A stretch of DNA of 64,000 nucleotides from Octopus bimaculoides (Eukaryota): positions 28,169,768 to 28,233,767 of the forward strand of contig NC_068984.1 of NCBI RefSeq assembly GCF_001194135.2. The letters run 5' to 3'. Numbering within the stretch: position 1 is the first letter of the stretch; every line of letters begins with the position of its first letter. This document shows positions 39,180 to 52,541 of this stretch, one piece after another. Made by a program: the position numbers and the translations under genes. Below the pieces are notes generated by a model. That model was not told where the DNA came from and did not search any database. It saw nothing but the letters and a program-made list of their open reading frames with translations.

Positions 39180-39230
39180 AGTCTTACAGCTGTTTCAGGG
39201 AAAATCCAATGTATCCCTTCATCGGAGACT
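39180..39230 (-). ncRNA. Minimal type I hammerhead ribozyme motif (PLE pLTR type)
   Basis: Minus strand AGTCT-CCGATGA-AGGGA-TACATTGGATTT-TCCCT-GAAA-C-AGCT-G-TA-AGACT. 5-bp stem I, 5-bp stem II, stem III with a palindromic AGCT loop, and a GUA cleavage triplet. The core reads CCGAUGA rather than CUGAUGA. Confidence 0.75.
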
Positions 39231-39954
39231 GTAATATGTGAGGTTGATGGACCCTCCTGTCAAAGACAATGTATGAGTGTTCGGCTTTTGCTGAAGGACC
39301 TGCAGAAATGATTTGTTTTGTAGTAATCAAATCTATGTGCCAAACATTAGCTCAGTCCCTCCATCGAATCAACACTGCCTGAACAGATGCACAGTGTATC
39401 ACACATCAAGTGTCAAAGTGATTGCAGACTAATGTGAAACCATGTGTTTTGCTTAAGAACATAAAAACACAATACATCACCTGGTCTAGAAACTGAAACC
39501 ACAATTTCGTGATCGAGAATGCAACACCCTAATCACCAGATCATGCATCTTATACATTTACACATACACACATACACACATACATATATGATGATGATGA
39601 CGATATACACACACACACATATGTGCAGATGTATGTATGTAGTGTAGACAAGATTCAGTGAGAGTCATATACTACAATTTATATATCTGAGAAGAAGACA
39701 ATATTTTATATATAATCTTAAAGTGTCAATGATAAGAGATGCAATAACAGTAGATTGCTCAGACGGTTCTCTGCACAAAATAATATTTCAGAAAGTAAAC
39801 AACCTAAAATAAAATTGTTCTATAAACATTAAGGTAGAAAAAAGAAATGAATTATAATGGCAGGACATGCTGAGCACAAATTGGAGAATAATAAAATATT
39901 TCATGTTAGATAAAACAGTTGTAGATTTTCCAGAGTATCTCAAGATGAGATAAT

Positions 39955-40000
<46 letters not shown>

Positions 40001-40046
40001 AGAGAGAGAGGGGAAGGAGGGAAGTTAATGTCTAAGAATTATATAT

Positions 40047-40739
40047 AGGTGCAGGAGTGGCTGTGTGGTAAGTAGCCTGCTTACCAACCACATGGTTCCG
40101 GGTTCAGTCGCACTGCGTGGCNNNNNNNNNNNNNNNNNNNNNNNNNNNNNNNNNNNNNNNNNNNNNNNNNNNNNNNNNNNNNNNNNNNNNNNNNNNNNNN
40201 NNNNNNNNNNNNNNNNNNNNNNNNNNNNNNNNNNNNNNNNNNNNNNNNNNNNNNNNNNNNNNNNNNNNNNNNNNNNNNNNNNNNNNNNNNNNNNNNNNNN
40301 NNNNNNNNNNNNNNNNNNNNNNNNNNNNNNNNNNNNNNNNNNNNNNNNNNNNNNNNNNNNNNNNNNNNNNNNNNNNNNNNNNNNNNNNNNNNNNNNNNNN
40401 NNNNNNNNNNNNNNNNNNNNNNNNNNNNNNNNNNNNNNNNNNNNNNNNNNNNNNNNNTGAAAGAAGCCTGTCGTATATATGTATATGTATATATATATGT
40501 GTGTTTGTATGTCTGTGTTTGTCTCCCCAACATCACTTGACAACCGATGCTGGTGTGTTTACGTCCCCATAACTTTGCGGTTCAGCAAAAGGGACCGATA
40601 GAATAAGTACTAGGCTTACAAAGAATAAGTCCTGGGGTCGATTTTCTCAACTAAAGGCGGTGCTCCAGCATGGCCACAGTCAAATGACTGAAACAAGTAA
40701 AAGAGTAAAAGAGTAAAAGAGTAAAAGAGTAAAAGAGTA
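40047..40739 (+). mobile_element. Full-length SINE family A, spanning a gap
   Basis: Head GGTGCAGGAGTGGCTGTGTGGTAAGTAG...GGGTTCAGTCGC and a (GTAAAAGA)n tail. Confidence 0.9.
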
Positions 40740-41507
40740 TATGCATATATACACACACATACCATCTTTGGTTTAACTTCCCATTGCACCCTGTATGGAT
40801 GTCTGTATCCATGTATGTATGTTATGTATGTATGTGTGTGTGTATGTATGTATGTATACATGCATGTGTGTGTGTATGCTAGGGAGAAGTTTTAGAGAGG
40901 CAGGGTTGTGTTTTATTGTAGAATTTGTTAGTTGGTTTGTCAAGTTGCTTGAATTACTTACAAATTACATAGAAATGTAAAGAATGCAAGAGAAAGCAAA
41001 TAGAATGGGAGTCTTAGTGATAGCTTCCAAGTAGAGAGAATAAAAACTCTATGTTTGTAGTGTCAAAAGTCAATGAATTAGGATAGTTATCAGGAAAGGA
41101 TGTGAAGAAAAAGTAGAGGGAGAGGAAAGGGTGAAAGAATGGAGTGTTGATGAAGTAAATAAAAACAAACAAGGAGAAATAATATAGCAAAATAAATAAA
41201 TAAATTAGCAAAAATAACAGAGCTGAAGTTAGTTGTTGCCAGTTGCATCATCACTGTCATTCAATGAGCCATTAGACTGAAAATAGCTACATGTAAAGGA
41301 ATAAGTAAATGAAGAAAGGTAATTAAATCCATAAGTATATCAATTAAGAAAATTCCTGAACTCTCATTTATTCATGTAGTTGTTGCTATCATTATGATGA
41401 TGATCATCATTCAAGTGTTGTACTATCAGACCAATAATCTTTCTATACTTAAAACAGGTTTATGTAACAAATGCTCACATTTTAATAAAGGCAAGTAACT
41501 TTATTAA

Positions 41508-42375
41508 TATTATTATTATTATGTAATGCTTGCTAATTTAGTTATCAGGCATTTTATCTTGGAGTTTGTTGACAACAAGTCTCCTCAAATCTCAAGAATT
41601 TTCCTTAGGATTCCTGTAGAATATTGGCTGGTTCTTTTCTGCAGGTTGACAATGTGAGTCTCAGTTCCAATCTCATTCAGTCATTTACGTAGTGTTTTTG
41701 GTGTTGTGCCAAGTGCACCAATTGCTAGAGGAATATTTGATTACTTGGTCTTCCACAGTCTTCTCAGTTCTGTGGCTAGATCCTGATATTTTTCAATTTT
41801 CCCATTTCTTTAGTATTGACTCTGTTATCATAGGGAATTGTAAAATCTCTCATCTTAGACTGTTTATTTTATCGTCTATGATCATATCCAATTATCTTGT
41901 ATTGATTGTATGATCAGACTTTATGGGGAATTCTCACAAGCTCTTGTAATTTTCAATTTCTGTCACAGCTTCTAGTTCGTATTCATGCCAGTTTTCTATG
42001 GTTTTGAAGCCATAGAAACATCCTGATGAACTCTTTTGTCTGGCAAACATCCCAATGAACTCTTTAGTCTATGCAGTCATGTCTGTGTTTATACTCCTTT
42101 TGTGCTAGTACACTACACTCACTCAAAAAGTGATTGAAACTTTTATTTCTTTTCCTAAAAATTCTATATTTGCTGCCTGACTTGGTTTTGTTGATCTTTG
42201 CCTTTATGAAGTTTGTTCTAAGAGCTTGTTCCTATAATAAGCATTTCTGACTCTCATTTCAAGTTCCTGTTTACCAAGCAGAACCAGCGATCTTTACTTC
42301 TGATATTCTCAGTTTGTTGCGTGAATTGTCCATGTATTTCTATTTCTTTTGGTGAACAGAGATCCACTTGATGTG
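41508..42375 (-). mobile_element. R4/Dong-like LINE C-terminal relic ending in (TAA)n
   Basis: Minus-strand motifs HGQFTQQT..W..L..RNLK; QALRTNFIKAKINK; HFLSECSVLAQKEYKHRHD (CCHC-knuckle region); DFTIPYDNRVNTKE..EKYQDLATELRRLWK; PLAIGALG..LQK...ILRKILEI* (stop 41585-41587). A short UTR follows, then (TAA)n at 41508-41522. Confidence 0.8.
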
Positions 42376-44309
42376 GACTTGACAGTATACATACACACAT
42401 GCAAATATACATACATACATACATACATACATACATACATGTGATGATGACGACAATGAATGGAATTTCTTTTGCAATTTTACTCTGGATTCAGATATAA
42501 GAACTCATTTGGTCTTAAACTTTTCTGCTATTGGTAGGAGAACTATCATAGAGAGAAGGACTGAGCCCATTTATAATACACACCTCCATACTCAGTTTAT
42601 CAATATATGCATTAGTATATCTCATTTTGCTGACTAATGTGCTGCACATAGCTCATATACCTCTCGCAAGGCTTTTTTCCACCCAATCTCCCTCAGTGAC
42701 CACCAGATCAATAGAGTAAGAAACCTTGTCAAGGGCTTTTCTCAAAATCAACATGCCTGCAATAGGGCCTCATTCTTGGCAAGATACTTCATCTGCAACT
42801 GATTTACTACATCAATAGTACATATCTATGTACAATAGTACATATCTATGGCAGAAAACTATATATATGTATGTGTGTGTGTGTGGGGGGAGATGTAGCT
42901 AGATAGATAGATAGATAGATTGATAGATAGATAGATAGATAGATACATACATACATACATATACATATGCATATTCATATACACATATACATATATACAT
43001 AAACATGGATATATAAATATATGTATGTATATGTGTGTGTATATATATATNNNNNNNNNNNNNNNNNNNNNNNNNNNNNNNNNNNNNNNNNNNNNNNNNN
43101 NNNNNNNNNNNNNNNNNNNNNNNNNNNNNNNNNNNNNNNNNNNNNNNNNNNNNNNNNNNNNNNNNNNNNNNNNNNNNNNNNNNNNNNNNNNNNNNNNNNN
43201 NNNNNNNNNNNNNNNNNNNNNNNNNNNNNNNNNNNNNNNNNNNNNNNNNNNNNNNNNNNNNNNNNNNAAAAGATATAACTAAAAACAATACAGAAAATAA
43301 TACATATTTTTCTCCATCATTTCCCTTAATTATTCTTTTCTTGGATGAAATTTTCTGCTGAACAAATTGTAGGTTTGCCAATAGTAGACAGAAAATTTTT
43401 CTATAATTGTCAAAGATTGACAGTAATTCTACCTTCAATTTCACATGAAGGAGAGACATCAAATTTCTTTTGGCAACAGGATAGAAATACCATCATTGTT
43501 TTATATAGTCTGACTGCAACAGTATGAAAACTTACGGCTAGAAATTAACTTTCAAAGCAAATTCTAGCATTCTATGCCAAATGGTATTACAATGGTGATG
43601 ATGATGATAGATGTATGTGTTTATGTATATATGTATATATCTATATCTATATCTATCTATCTATCTATATATATATATATATATATTTATGTATATATGT
43701 ATATCTGTGTATGTATGTATATGTAATCAATTTGTTATTAGTATTTGTAAACATGTTCATATGGTCATGTAAAGTTTGCAGTAAATAAAAATGATTCAGC
43801 AAAAATAATAATGCAACAAATGTAATAAGAAAAAAAAAGATAAACAAATTTCTAAAGGAAGAATATGCTAGAAAATGTTGAGGATTATTTTGGCTGTGAA
43901 TCAACATTTTCCATCCTAAAGCTTAGCCACCTTAGTATTACAAGACGAGAACTTACAAAATATTCACACTCCATTTGAGAGGATATAATACTCACGATTA
44001 CTTTTGATATTTTATTCATGTATTACTCATAATAATTCAATATTATTACTGGAAGAACACCACACCAGTTCTATTTTTGCAATTTATTGTTGTTTAAACA
44101 CTAAGATTCAAATTTGCTTGTAAATGTCATACATATGTAAAATGGTCACTTGTTCATTTTTTTTTTTTTCTATTCTATGTAGTTGCAAACACGGCCTTGT
44201 GGCAAAGAAGTTTAGTTTGAAATGACATGATTTTTGGTTTGATCTCACTGTATGGACCTTGTGTGTCTTCTACTGTAGCCTTGGGGTTGATGAATAATTT
44301 AATCTCCTT

Positions 44310-44530
44310 TCCTACAGATTCTACATTCATTGTTTGACTGGGTTTTGTCGATCTTTACCTTGATCAGGTTTGTTCTAAGGGCTTGTCCCTGAGCAACTGT
44401 AAATAGTGTAAATAGTCTTTTGTTTCAAGTTCCTGTCCACCAGCCACAACCAGCAACCCTTGCTTCCAAAATTCTTGGTTTGTTGCATAAGTTGACCATG
44501 TAGTTCCATCTGCTTGCTCTGCTGTTCTTA
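44310..44530 (-). mobile_element. Second R4/Dong-like fragment of the same family
   Basis: LHGQLMQQTKNFGSKGCWLWLVDRNLK...AQGQALRTNLIKVKIDKTQSNNECRIC. Confidence 0.7.
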
Positions 44531-44724
44531 TTTTTCTCTGCTGTTTTGGTATCTAGATATTGTGCAGAAGCCTAGGCTTAGGCTTGGCTGTGTGGTTAAG
44601 AAGTTTGCATCGAAACCGTGGGGTTTTAGGTTCAATTCCACTTCTATAGTCTCTGACCAATCAAAGCTTTGTGAGTAAATTTGAAAGATATAAAGAAATC
44701 TGCTTCATGCCTGAAGCTGAGAGG

Positions 44725-44777
<53 letters not shown>

Positions 44778-44889
44778 TACATAGCAAGCTAGAAGAACTA
44801 TTCACACACTGGATAAAATGCTTAGTGATATATCTTCCAATTCTTTACATTTTGAGTTCAATTGTGTGTGTGTGTNNNNNNNNNNGGGG

Positions 44890-45445
44890 GGGGGTCAACT
44901 TTAACTTTCACCCTTTCAGGTTCAATAAAATAAGTACCAGTTGAGCACTGGGGTCAATGTAAATGACTTAACCCATCCCCTGAACTTGCTGGTCTTATGC
45001 CAAAAATTGAAACCATAATTTTATTTTTATCACTGTCATTATTATTATTAGTAGTAATAGTATTATTATTAATAATAATAACAATAATGATGATGATGAT
45101 GATGAAGATGATGATGATAATAATAATAATTCTTTCTATTATAGATAGGCACAAGGCCTGACATTTGAAGGAAAGGGGTTAGTTGGTTACATTGGCCCTC
45201 AATGCCCAACTGGTACTTAATTTATCTATTCCAAAAGGATGAAAGGCAAAATTGACCTCAGCAGAATTTGAACTCAGAACGTAGGGACAGATGACATGTC
45301 ACTCAGCATCTTTCACTACAGCCACCAAGCAAATGTAAACTGCTATGCCTGTCAACAACAACAACAACAATAATAATAATGGTTTTGGCACAAGGGCAGA
45401 AATTTTGGTAGAGGGGTCCAGTCATTTATATTGACCCCATTGCTC
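44890..45445. mobile_element. Cluster of SINE family B fragments in both orientations around (TAA)/(GAT) tracts
   Basis: 44890-45020 (+), 45130-45310 (-) and 45375-45445 (-). The shared core is TAAAATAAGTACCAGTTGAGCACTGGGGTC. Confidence 0.8.
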
Positions 45446-45552
45446 ATATATATATATATATATATATGTATATACACACACGTGTGCATGTGTGTGTGTG
45501 CGTGTGTATGTGTGCATGTGTATGTGTATGTGTGTATGCATGGGTGCATGCA

Positions 45553-45592
<40 letters not shown>

Positions 45593-47262
45593 TCCTACTA
45601 CTACTTGATAGCTGGTATTGATCTGCTTATATGCCTATAACCTAGCAGTCCAGCAAAAGAGACCAAAAGAGTAACTACCAAAATTTAAACAATGACTATA
45701 AAGTCAATATTTTTGATTAAACTCTTCAAAGTGGTGCCCCAGCATGAGCACAGTCCAATGACTGAAAGATGTAAAGGATAAAAAAAATGTGTGCGCATTT
45801 GTGTCAGGGTGTATGTTGTTTATATACGTATGCTGGTATAAACCGATTCCTTGAGTTATGTCCTCTCTTTGATATAATGTGAGCAGAAAAATAAGTGCCA
45901 GACTTACATAATTAGAGACCATTTCTGTGATCAGCTTAAATGCTTGAATGTAGTGCCCCAACATAGCCACAGACCAATAATTGAAACTAGTAAAAGAATA
46001 AAAGAATAGACAGCTTATACATTTAAAATATACAGGGTGATTATGTATGGGTGTCATTTCCATTCTAGAGCAATTCATAGTTTTACACCATTCTATCATT
46101 GGAACTTCATTTATTGACAGACACATAAAAGCAGGAACAGCAGCTAAGTTTCACATTAACAAAATTTAAACTCAAAAGAATAATGTTACCACTTTTGGCA
46201 GTCTGCCAACGCCTGCCACTAACTTTTTTAATTTCTTATTGCTCATTTAAATAACTGTCATCATCGTCATCAGCACCACCATCAATACAACCACTATCAT
46301 CCTCCACTTCTCTCCTCCTAGTCAATGATGATCCTCATTAGTTTTGTTTGTGTTTCTTTATTGGCACACATTGTCCAAGCTTTCATTTCAAAGTTGTAGA
46401 TCTTCGGTGCAATTTTCAATTTCTTTCTGAATCCAAGTTCTCTCTGATCACAATTTACCACTTCCTTCTTCCTCATTCAACGAAATTATTTCTGTTTCAG
46501 CTACTACCAATCCTTACTTTTTTACTTAGAACATGTCATCCATGTTCTTCACATATTCAAAGAGAGCAATTCACATTTTATTTATCAATTACCTCATGTT
46601 CTGGACATATAACACCTTTCTTAGCTTATTCAAATTATTATTTTCTTGACACAAAGAATCCACTCATTTCCCTGCTCATGTTTCACTGTCATGCAAAGTA
46701 ACAATTTCTGAGACATTCATTTTACCACTTTAGCTTTCCTTCAAAGTTAGAAACCTTTTGTGATCTACCAGGTCATAATGTTCCCAAAATTCTTCACACC
46801 TCTACTGATTTCAGATACCAAACCACTGTGAAACCAAAATGCTTCTATGCAATTATTCCATTTGAAATAACAGTTTCAAATAAATCACATCCTACCAACT
46901 TATGAAATAGAAACACATTGAATTATATAGACTTAGATGTATGACAAGATGAATATGGCAGGAATGCTTTGATCATAAGTTTGCTCAATCTTGGATGACT
47001 TTGAACTAAACACCAACAACAACAGGTGTTACATAGTAATGTAGTGAACCAAGAAATTAAAATTAACAATACAACAGTTTTATCAAGGAGAAAACAACAT
47101 TAATTAAATTATTAATTCTTGTGAAGAAAGACAATAGAAACATCCCTGAAATGTAAATTAATTAATTAAAATAGTATGAAGGAATGTGGTGTGGAGGATG
47201 TCTGATCTTTGGTGTGCACAATGACAACTACAGTCATGTTTTTGTGTTATAAAGTCTCTTCA

Positions 47263-47482
47263 GAGTGGTGAACTAACAGAATGGTTACGATGCCAGGCAA
47301 AATGCTTCACAGCATTTTGTCTGTCATTTTTGTTCCAGAGTTCAAATTCTGCTGGGGTCTACTTTACTTTTCATCCTTTCGGGGTAAATGAAATAAGTAG
47401 TTGAGCACTGGGGTTGATATAATCGATTTAGTCTCTCCCCTAAAAATTCAAGCCTTGTGCCTATAGCTGAAAGGATTATTCA
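47263..47482 (+). mobile_element. SINE family B
   Basis: GAGTTCAAATTCTGC..TTTCATCCTTTCGGGGT..AATAAGT..GTTGAGCACTGGGGTTGAT. A similar copy lies at 50600-50790. Confidence 0.8.
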
Positions 47483-47702
47483 ATCTCCTCAACAAAAAAA
47501 TAGTCTTTACAATTACTGAGAAATTTTAAATTGCTTAGAAGATAAAAGAGAATGTCAGTGAATAAACACTGATAGATTTAACAGCTTAAAATAAAAACCT
47601 GGGGAAGGTTCTGCAGGGATGCCTTCTGCAAGATAACATAACTTAACAGTTGTTTCCAGAAGCCATCACATTATTTCATAGCCAGTATCTTTTAATACAA
47701 AC

Positions 47703-47704
<2 letters not shown>

Positions 47705-47735
<31 letters not shown>

Positions 47736-48205
47736 TGTTTAACGTCTACTTTCCATACTGGCATGGATTGGACTGTTTGACTGAGGACTGGCAAGCCAGT
47801 AGGCTGCACCAGGCTCCAATCTGATCTGGCAAGGTTTCTACAGTTGGATGCCCTTCCTTACGCCAACCACCCCAAGACTGTAGTGGGTGCATTTTACGTG
47901 CCACTGGCATGGGAGCCAATCAGGCAGAACTGCCATCAACCACATTCAGATGGTGCTTTTTACGTGCCACCAGCATGGGGAGCCAGTCAGGTGGCACTGG
48001 CATTGACCCACGCTTGAATGGTGCTTATTACGTGCCATCAGCATGGGTGCCAGTCAGGCGGCACTGGTATTGGTCACAACTACAATTTCATTTGACTCAA
48101 CAGGTCTTCTCAAGCACAGCATATCACTGAAGGGTATTTTTAAATGGGCTGGTTATGTGATACTGGTATCGACCATGGTTGTGATCTCACTTTATTTGAT
48201 GGGTC
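47705..48205 (-). mobile_element. RTE 3'-UTR element with three hairpin units
   Basis: (CAT)n tail, CTACAGTTGGATGCCCTTCC, and GTGCC..GCCAGTC units at about 47898, 47964 and 48032. Confidence 0.85.
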
Positions 48206-48706
48206 TTCTCAGTCACAACCCAATACAACTCTCACTCTCCAAAACCATTCTTCAAGTTACAGCTGGAGGACAACAAAAGAGAGATTTGATGTACTAAAGT
48301 TATATGATTTTGTTTTGCAGTTAGATGTTTAAATTTGCTGAGGAATTACAGTGGACGAAGAAAAGACAAAATTAAACAACAATATTTGAATGCTTAACAA
48401 AAGAGGAAGAAACTACAAACTGTTAAGTATTTTAGTACAGTACCTTGTGGTTGATTGTTTCGTTGTTTTTATTTATCTATGCCAACTCCCTGCTGCAGTG
48501 TCTTGAACCTATAGATTTACTGGATAGATTCTTGAAACTCTTTTTTCATAGTAAATGATCGACAGAGAGGTATTCTGGACTTCAAGTAGAAGGGAGATAT
48601 GGAAAATTGGCTGAACTAGTAAAAGATTAAAAGTGTAACAGCAATAAACTGAATTGCAAAGGAAAGCAATTCTCAATGAAAGAGAACAGCAGAGTATTGT
48701 ACTTAC

Positions 48707-48782
48707 TTATTCTTCCAACCAAATACAATAGATTTTATATTGTTAAATATGCTATCTATGAAGGATGTGACATTAATAACAT
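48707..48782 (-). CDS. Candidate coding exon
   Basis: Acceptor ATGTAATTTAG|AT, donor AA|GTAAGT. 76 nt, open frame DVINVTSFIDSIFNNIKSIVFGWKN. Confidence 0.3.
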
Positions 48783-49239
48783 CTAAATTACATTTAAATA
48801 ATCAAATATTCAAAGTTAGCATATTATAGACGTTAAAGTGAGGCCAAGAGTCACTATATATGTTAAGTGATAAAGTGAAACAAATTTATATGAATATTTA
48901 TGTGATTATTTGCACATACTATATATTTCAGCAATAATCTGTAACTTAATTATCTCATAGCTTTTACTTTCATGAACTTAAATCCATATTGTTATGCTTA
49001 AAGGAGTTGAATGGAAATATATTTTGATATTTCCATTGGTATGATTGAAACAAGTATTTATTTTATGTATTGTTAACCTCTCAAACACAATGAAGAGTAG
49101 AACTTATTTTTATGCCATATATATTGAGTAATGCACAGAAATGTATACTTACTCCATGCAATGATTTTAATATCATTGAATCAATATCAAAATGCCAAAA
49201 CATTAGCTACTTAGTAATCATTTAGAAGTAAAATCTATC

Positions 49240-49860
49240 AGCATCATCATCATTTAATGTTTGTTGTCCATGCTGTCATGGGTTGGATGGTTTGACCAGG
49301 TCTGGTAAGCTGGAAGACTACGCCAGACTCCAATGTGATTTGGCAATGGTTTTCTACAGCTGGATGCCCTTCTTAACACCAACTACTTTGAGATTGTAAT
49401 GGGTGCTTTTATGTGTGCCACTGGCACAGGTGCCATTTGTGTGATGCTGGTATCTGCCATAACTGTGATTTTGCCTAGCTTGATGGGTCTTTTTCTCAAG
49501 CACGACATAATGCCAAAGGTCTTGGTAATTACCTCCATGAAGCCCAACACTTGAAAAGAACTCAGCCACTTTGCCTCCATGAGGCCCAATGCTAGAAAGG
49601 AATTCAGCCACTTTGCTTTTGTGAAGCCCAATGCTTGAAAGGAACTCAGTCACTTTGCCCCCGTGAGACTCAATCCTCGAACAGTGCTCTTTACGTGTCA
49701 CCAACATGGGTGCCAGTTATGTGACACCAACATCAGCCATGACTACGATTCCACTTTGCTTGATGAATCTTCTCAAGCCCAGCATATCACCAAAGGTCTC
49801 AGTCACTAGTCATTGCCTCTGTGAGGCCCAAAGTTTAAAGATCATGCTTCGCCACTCTAG
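49240..49860 (-). mobile_element. RTE 3' element variant with an internal tandem of about 42 nt
   Basis: CTACAGCTGGATGCCCTTC core, and 3-4 units of CCATGAGGCCCAATGCTTGAAAGGAACTCAGCCACTTTGC-like sequence at 49533-49685. Confidence 0.75.
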
Positions 49861-51174
49861 AAAACAATATTTGCTTTCCATTATCTTTGACTAATGAATG
49901 ACATGACTCACTGAGACATAAGTGTCTTCCTACCAAAAATAGTGATTAAAGCAAAAAAACAAATTTCTAGAAACATCTCTGACTTCATGGGGTCTTTTTC
50001 TGACTTTCAGATGAAGATCATAGTGCTTCTAGATGAAACAGTAATTAATGTCATCGATATTTTACAGTATTATATCTTAAAACAATCCTGGCCAACTTAG
50101 TAAATAAGTCTTCATTCAATCTTTGGCAGTATTTGGAAGATCTTTCTCTTCATGATAACCAAGAGGTTCAGGTGATATCCAGAATAAGTTCTAAATGCAT
50201 TACTTCCTGTTCAGCACTGAAAAATGCTATTGATGCATTCTAAAATTGTTTTACTACAAGTGTAGCATATTCATATTACATGTCTAGAATTCATCATATT
50301 TTGTGCCACAGGATCAGTATTTTTTCTCCACAGTAGATGCAGATTGTCAGTTGTCTTTTAGATACAAAGAAGAGTTGCCACTGGATAGAAGTCAGTATGA
50401 TCATTTCAAAGAGATTGCGTTTTGCTGTCATCAGCACTGCCATGCTTATCATTATCATCATTTATATATCAATATTTACCATGATGTAATTACTTCTTAT
50501 CCTGATTTCAAAAATATTCTTAGGCACATCAAAATTTGCTTATTCATCTCTTCACAAAATGGATCTATTACATGTTTTTAATATTGCATTATTTCTCAAG
50601 GGGGAAAGGTGGCAGAATCGTTAGAATGCTGGGTAAAATGATTAGTGGTATTTTGTCTGTCTTTATGTTCCAAGTTCAAGTGCTGCTGTTGAGTTTGCCT
50701 TTAAGAATTGTCAAAATAAGTACCAGTTGAGCACTGGAATTGATGTAGTTAATTTACCCTTTGCCCCCAAGCTTGCTGGTCTTGTGCCAGAATTTAAAGC
50801 CAATATTACATTATTTCTCATCCATTCTTTCCCAACTTATATCAATTCTTTCTTTTCCTTCATTTTCCTAATTTATTCTAATCAGTAAAATCCCAAAATG
50901 CTAAGACATGTCTGTACAGCTTTAAAAAGGCAAAATGAGGATGACAACAATGACGATGCCAATACTAATCATTGCTATTTTTGTATATTAATCAAAGATT
51001 TATTTTCTTTTGCAGATAGTTATATACAAAAGTGAAATGATGTTTAAAGTGGTTATATGCAATAAAATGTAACTCAGTGAAATATAATATTCTGAAAATA
51101 ATATAATATTCTGCTATTAAAGACTTTTGTGCTTCATCTTCATCTTAAGCTTATATAATTAGAATGTTTAGTAA

Positions 51175-51470
51175 GACATTTGAGCAAGATCGTTGCCAGT
51201 GCTGATGGACAGGCTCCTGTGCAGGTGGCACATAAAATACACCATTTCGAGCGTGGCTGTCGCCAGTACCACCTGACTGGCCCTCGTGCCGGTGGCACGT
51301 AAAAGCACCCACTACACTCTCAGAGTGGTTGGCGTTAGGAAGGGCATCCAGCTGTAGAAACTCTGCCAAATCAGATTAGAGCCTGGTGTCGCCTCCTGGT
51401 CCACCAGTCCTCAATCATATCGTCCAACCCATGCTAGCATGGAAAGCGGACGTTAAACAATGGTAATAAT
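51175..51470 (+). mobile_element. RTE 3'-UTR element
   Basis: GGTTGGCGTTAGGAAGGGCATCCAGCTGTAGAAAC...CATGCTAGCATGGAAAGCGGACGTTAAAC. Confidence 0.9.
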
Positions 51471-52253
51471 GTTTCTGGACATAACGTATTTTTAAGCATT
51501 TAGTAGGCATTCCTGAGCCCTAAAGTAAAATTCTCATCTATCACAAACATTATTTGCTTGGAGACTGCTATGACAGAAACTGAATTCAATCATTTTACAG
51601 TGTGGTACAGTATAAAATAGATCCCAGTATGATTTGAACAGCAAAACCATAAGCTCTAAATTTGTCTTCGGCAGTTGTCAGTTCCAGTGCTTCTACATCT
51701 GTGCTATCACAAAAGCCTGCTACCACTTTAATTAAGAAGAATTCAAAAGTTAGTTACAAAGGTGAAAAACCAAAAAGTAAAAAAAGAAAAAAGAAAAACA
51801 ATAATGAACAATTTGGTAAATAAATCAATGATGAAATCAAAGAAATGTAGCATGTTAATGAAGTTCGCAGCATACCGTCACTAATTAAAGCAAATAGTGA
51901 TGTTGATATGAGATTTATCAAAGACAAACAAGTGCTTAATTATAGGTTTCATCATCAGAAAAACAAGGAAACTCCAGGTTTATTAAATAAACATAAAAAT
52001 AAAAATATAAATAATAGGAAATGTAATGAAATAAAATAAAATAAAAGCAGCATCTCACCTCATCGCAGTTTTCTATTTGGCAGTGTATTTCTTTCGGATT
52101 ACAAACTATATACCAAGCATTATGTATCGTGTCATCAAAAGTATAAAACCAAATAGTGATAAACTATAAATAAAAATAAGGAAACAGGTGAATAGAAATT
52201 AAAATTCAATAAACAACAGCAATTTGGATTTCATTAATGTTCTGATTAGTGTA

Positions 52254-52350
<97 letters not shown>

Positions 52351-52509
52351 TTGAGCACGTGTGTATCTGTGTGTGTGAGTATCTGTGAATGTGTGTTTAT
52401 CACACGTACATGAAAGCAGTAATGATGGTGAAGATGATTATCATCACAAGGTAGTGAATGATGACGATGACGATGATGATGATGGTGATGATGATGATGA
52501 CAATGATGT

Positions 52510-52541
<32 letters not shown>

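Noticed and set aside
46380-46860. Coding-like minus-strand stretch, possibly an old LINE
   Set aside because: No diagnostic motif recoverable by eye.
32966-50400. Plus-strand exon candidates (about 32966, 38089, 43365, 50020 and 50333; also 10611 and 23420)
   Set aside because: Plausible acceptors, but ambiguous donors and frames, and no recognisable protein. Expected by chance in T-rich DNA.
50395-50440. Minus-strand CTGATGA...GAAA-TGATCA-TA
   Set aside because: Stems I and II do not pair; a chance match.
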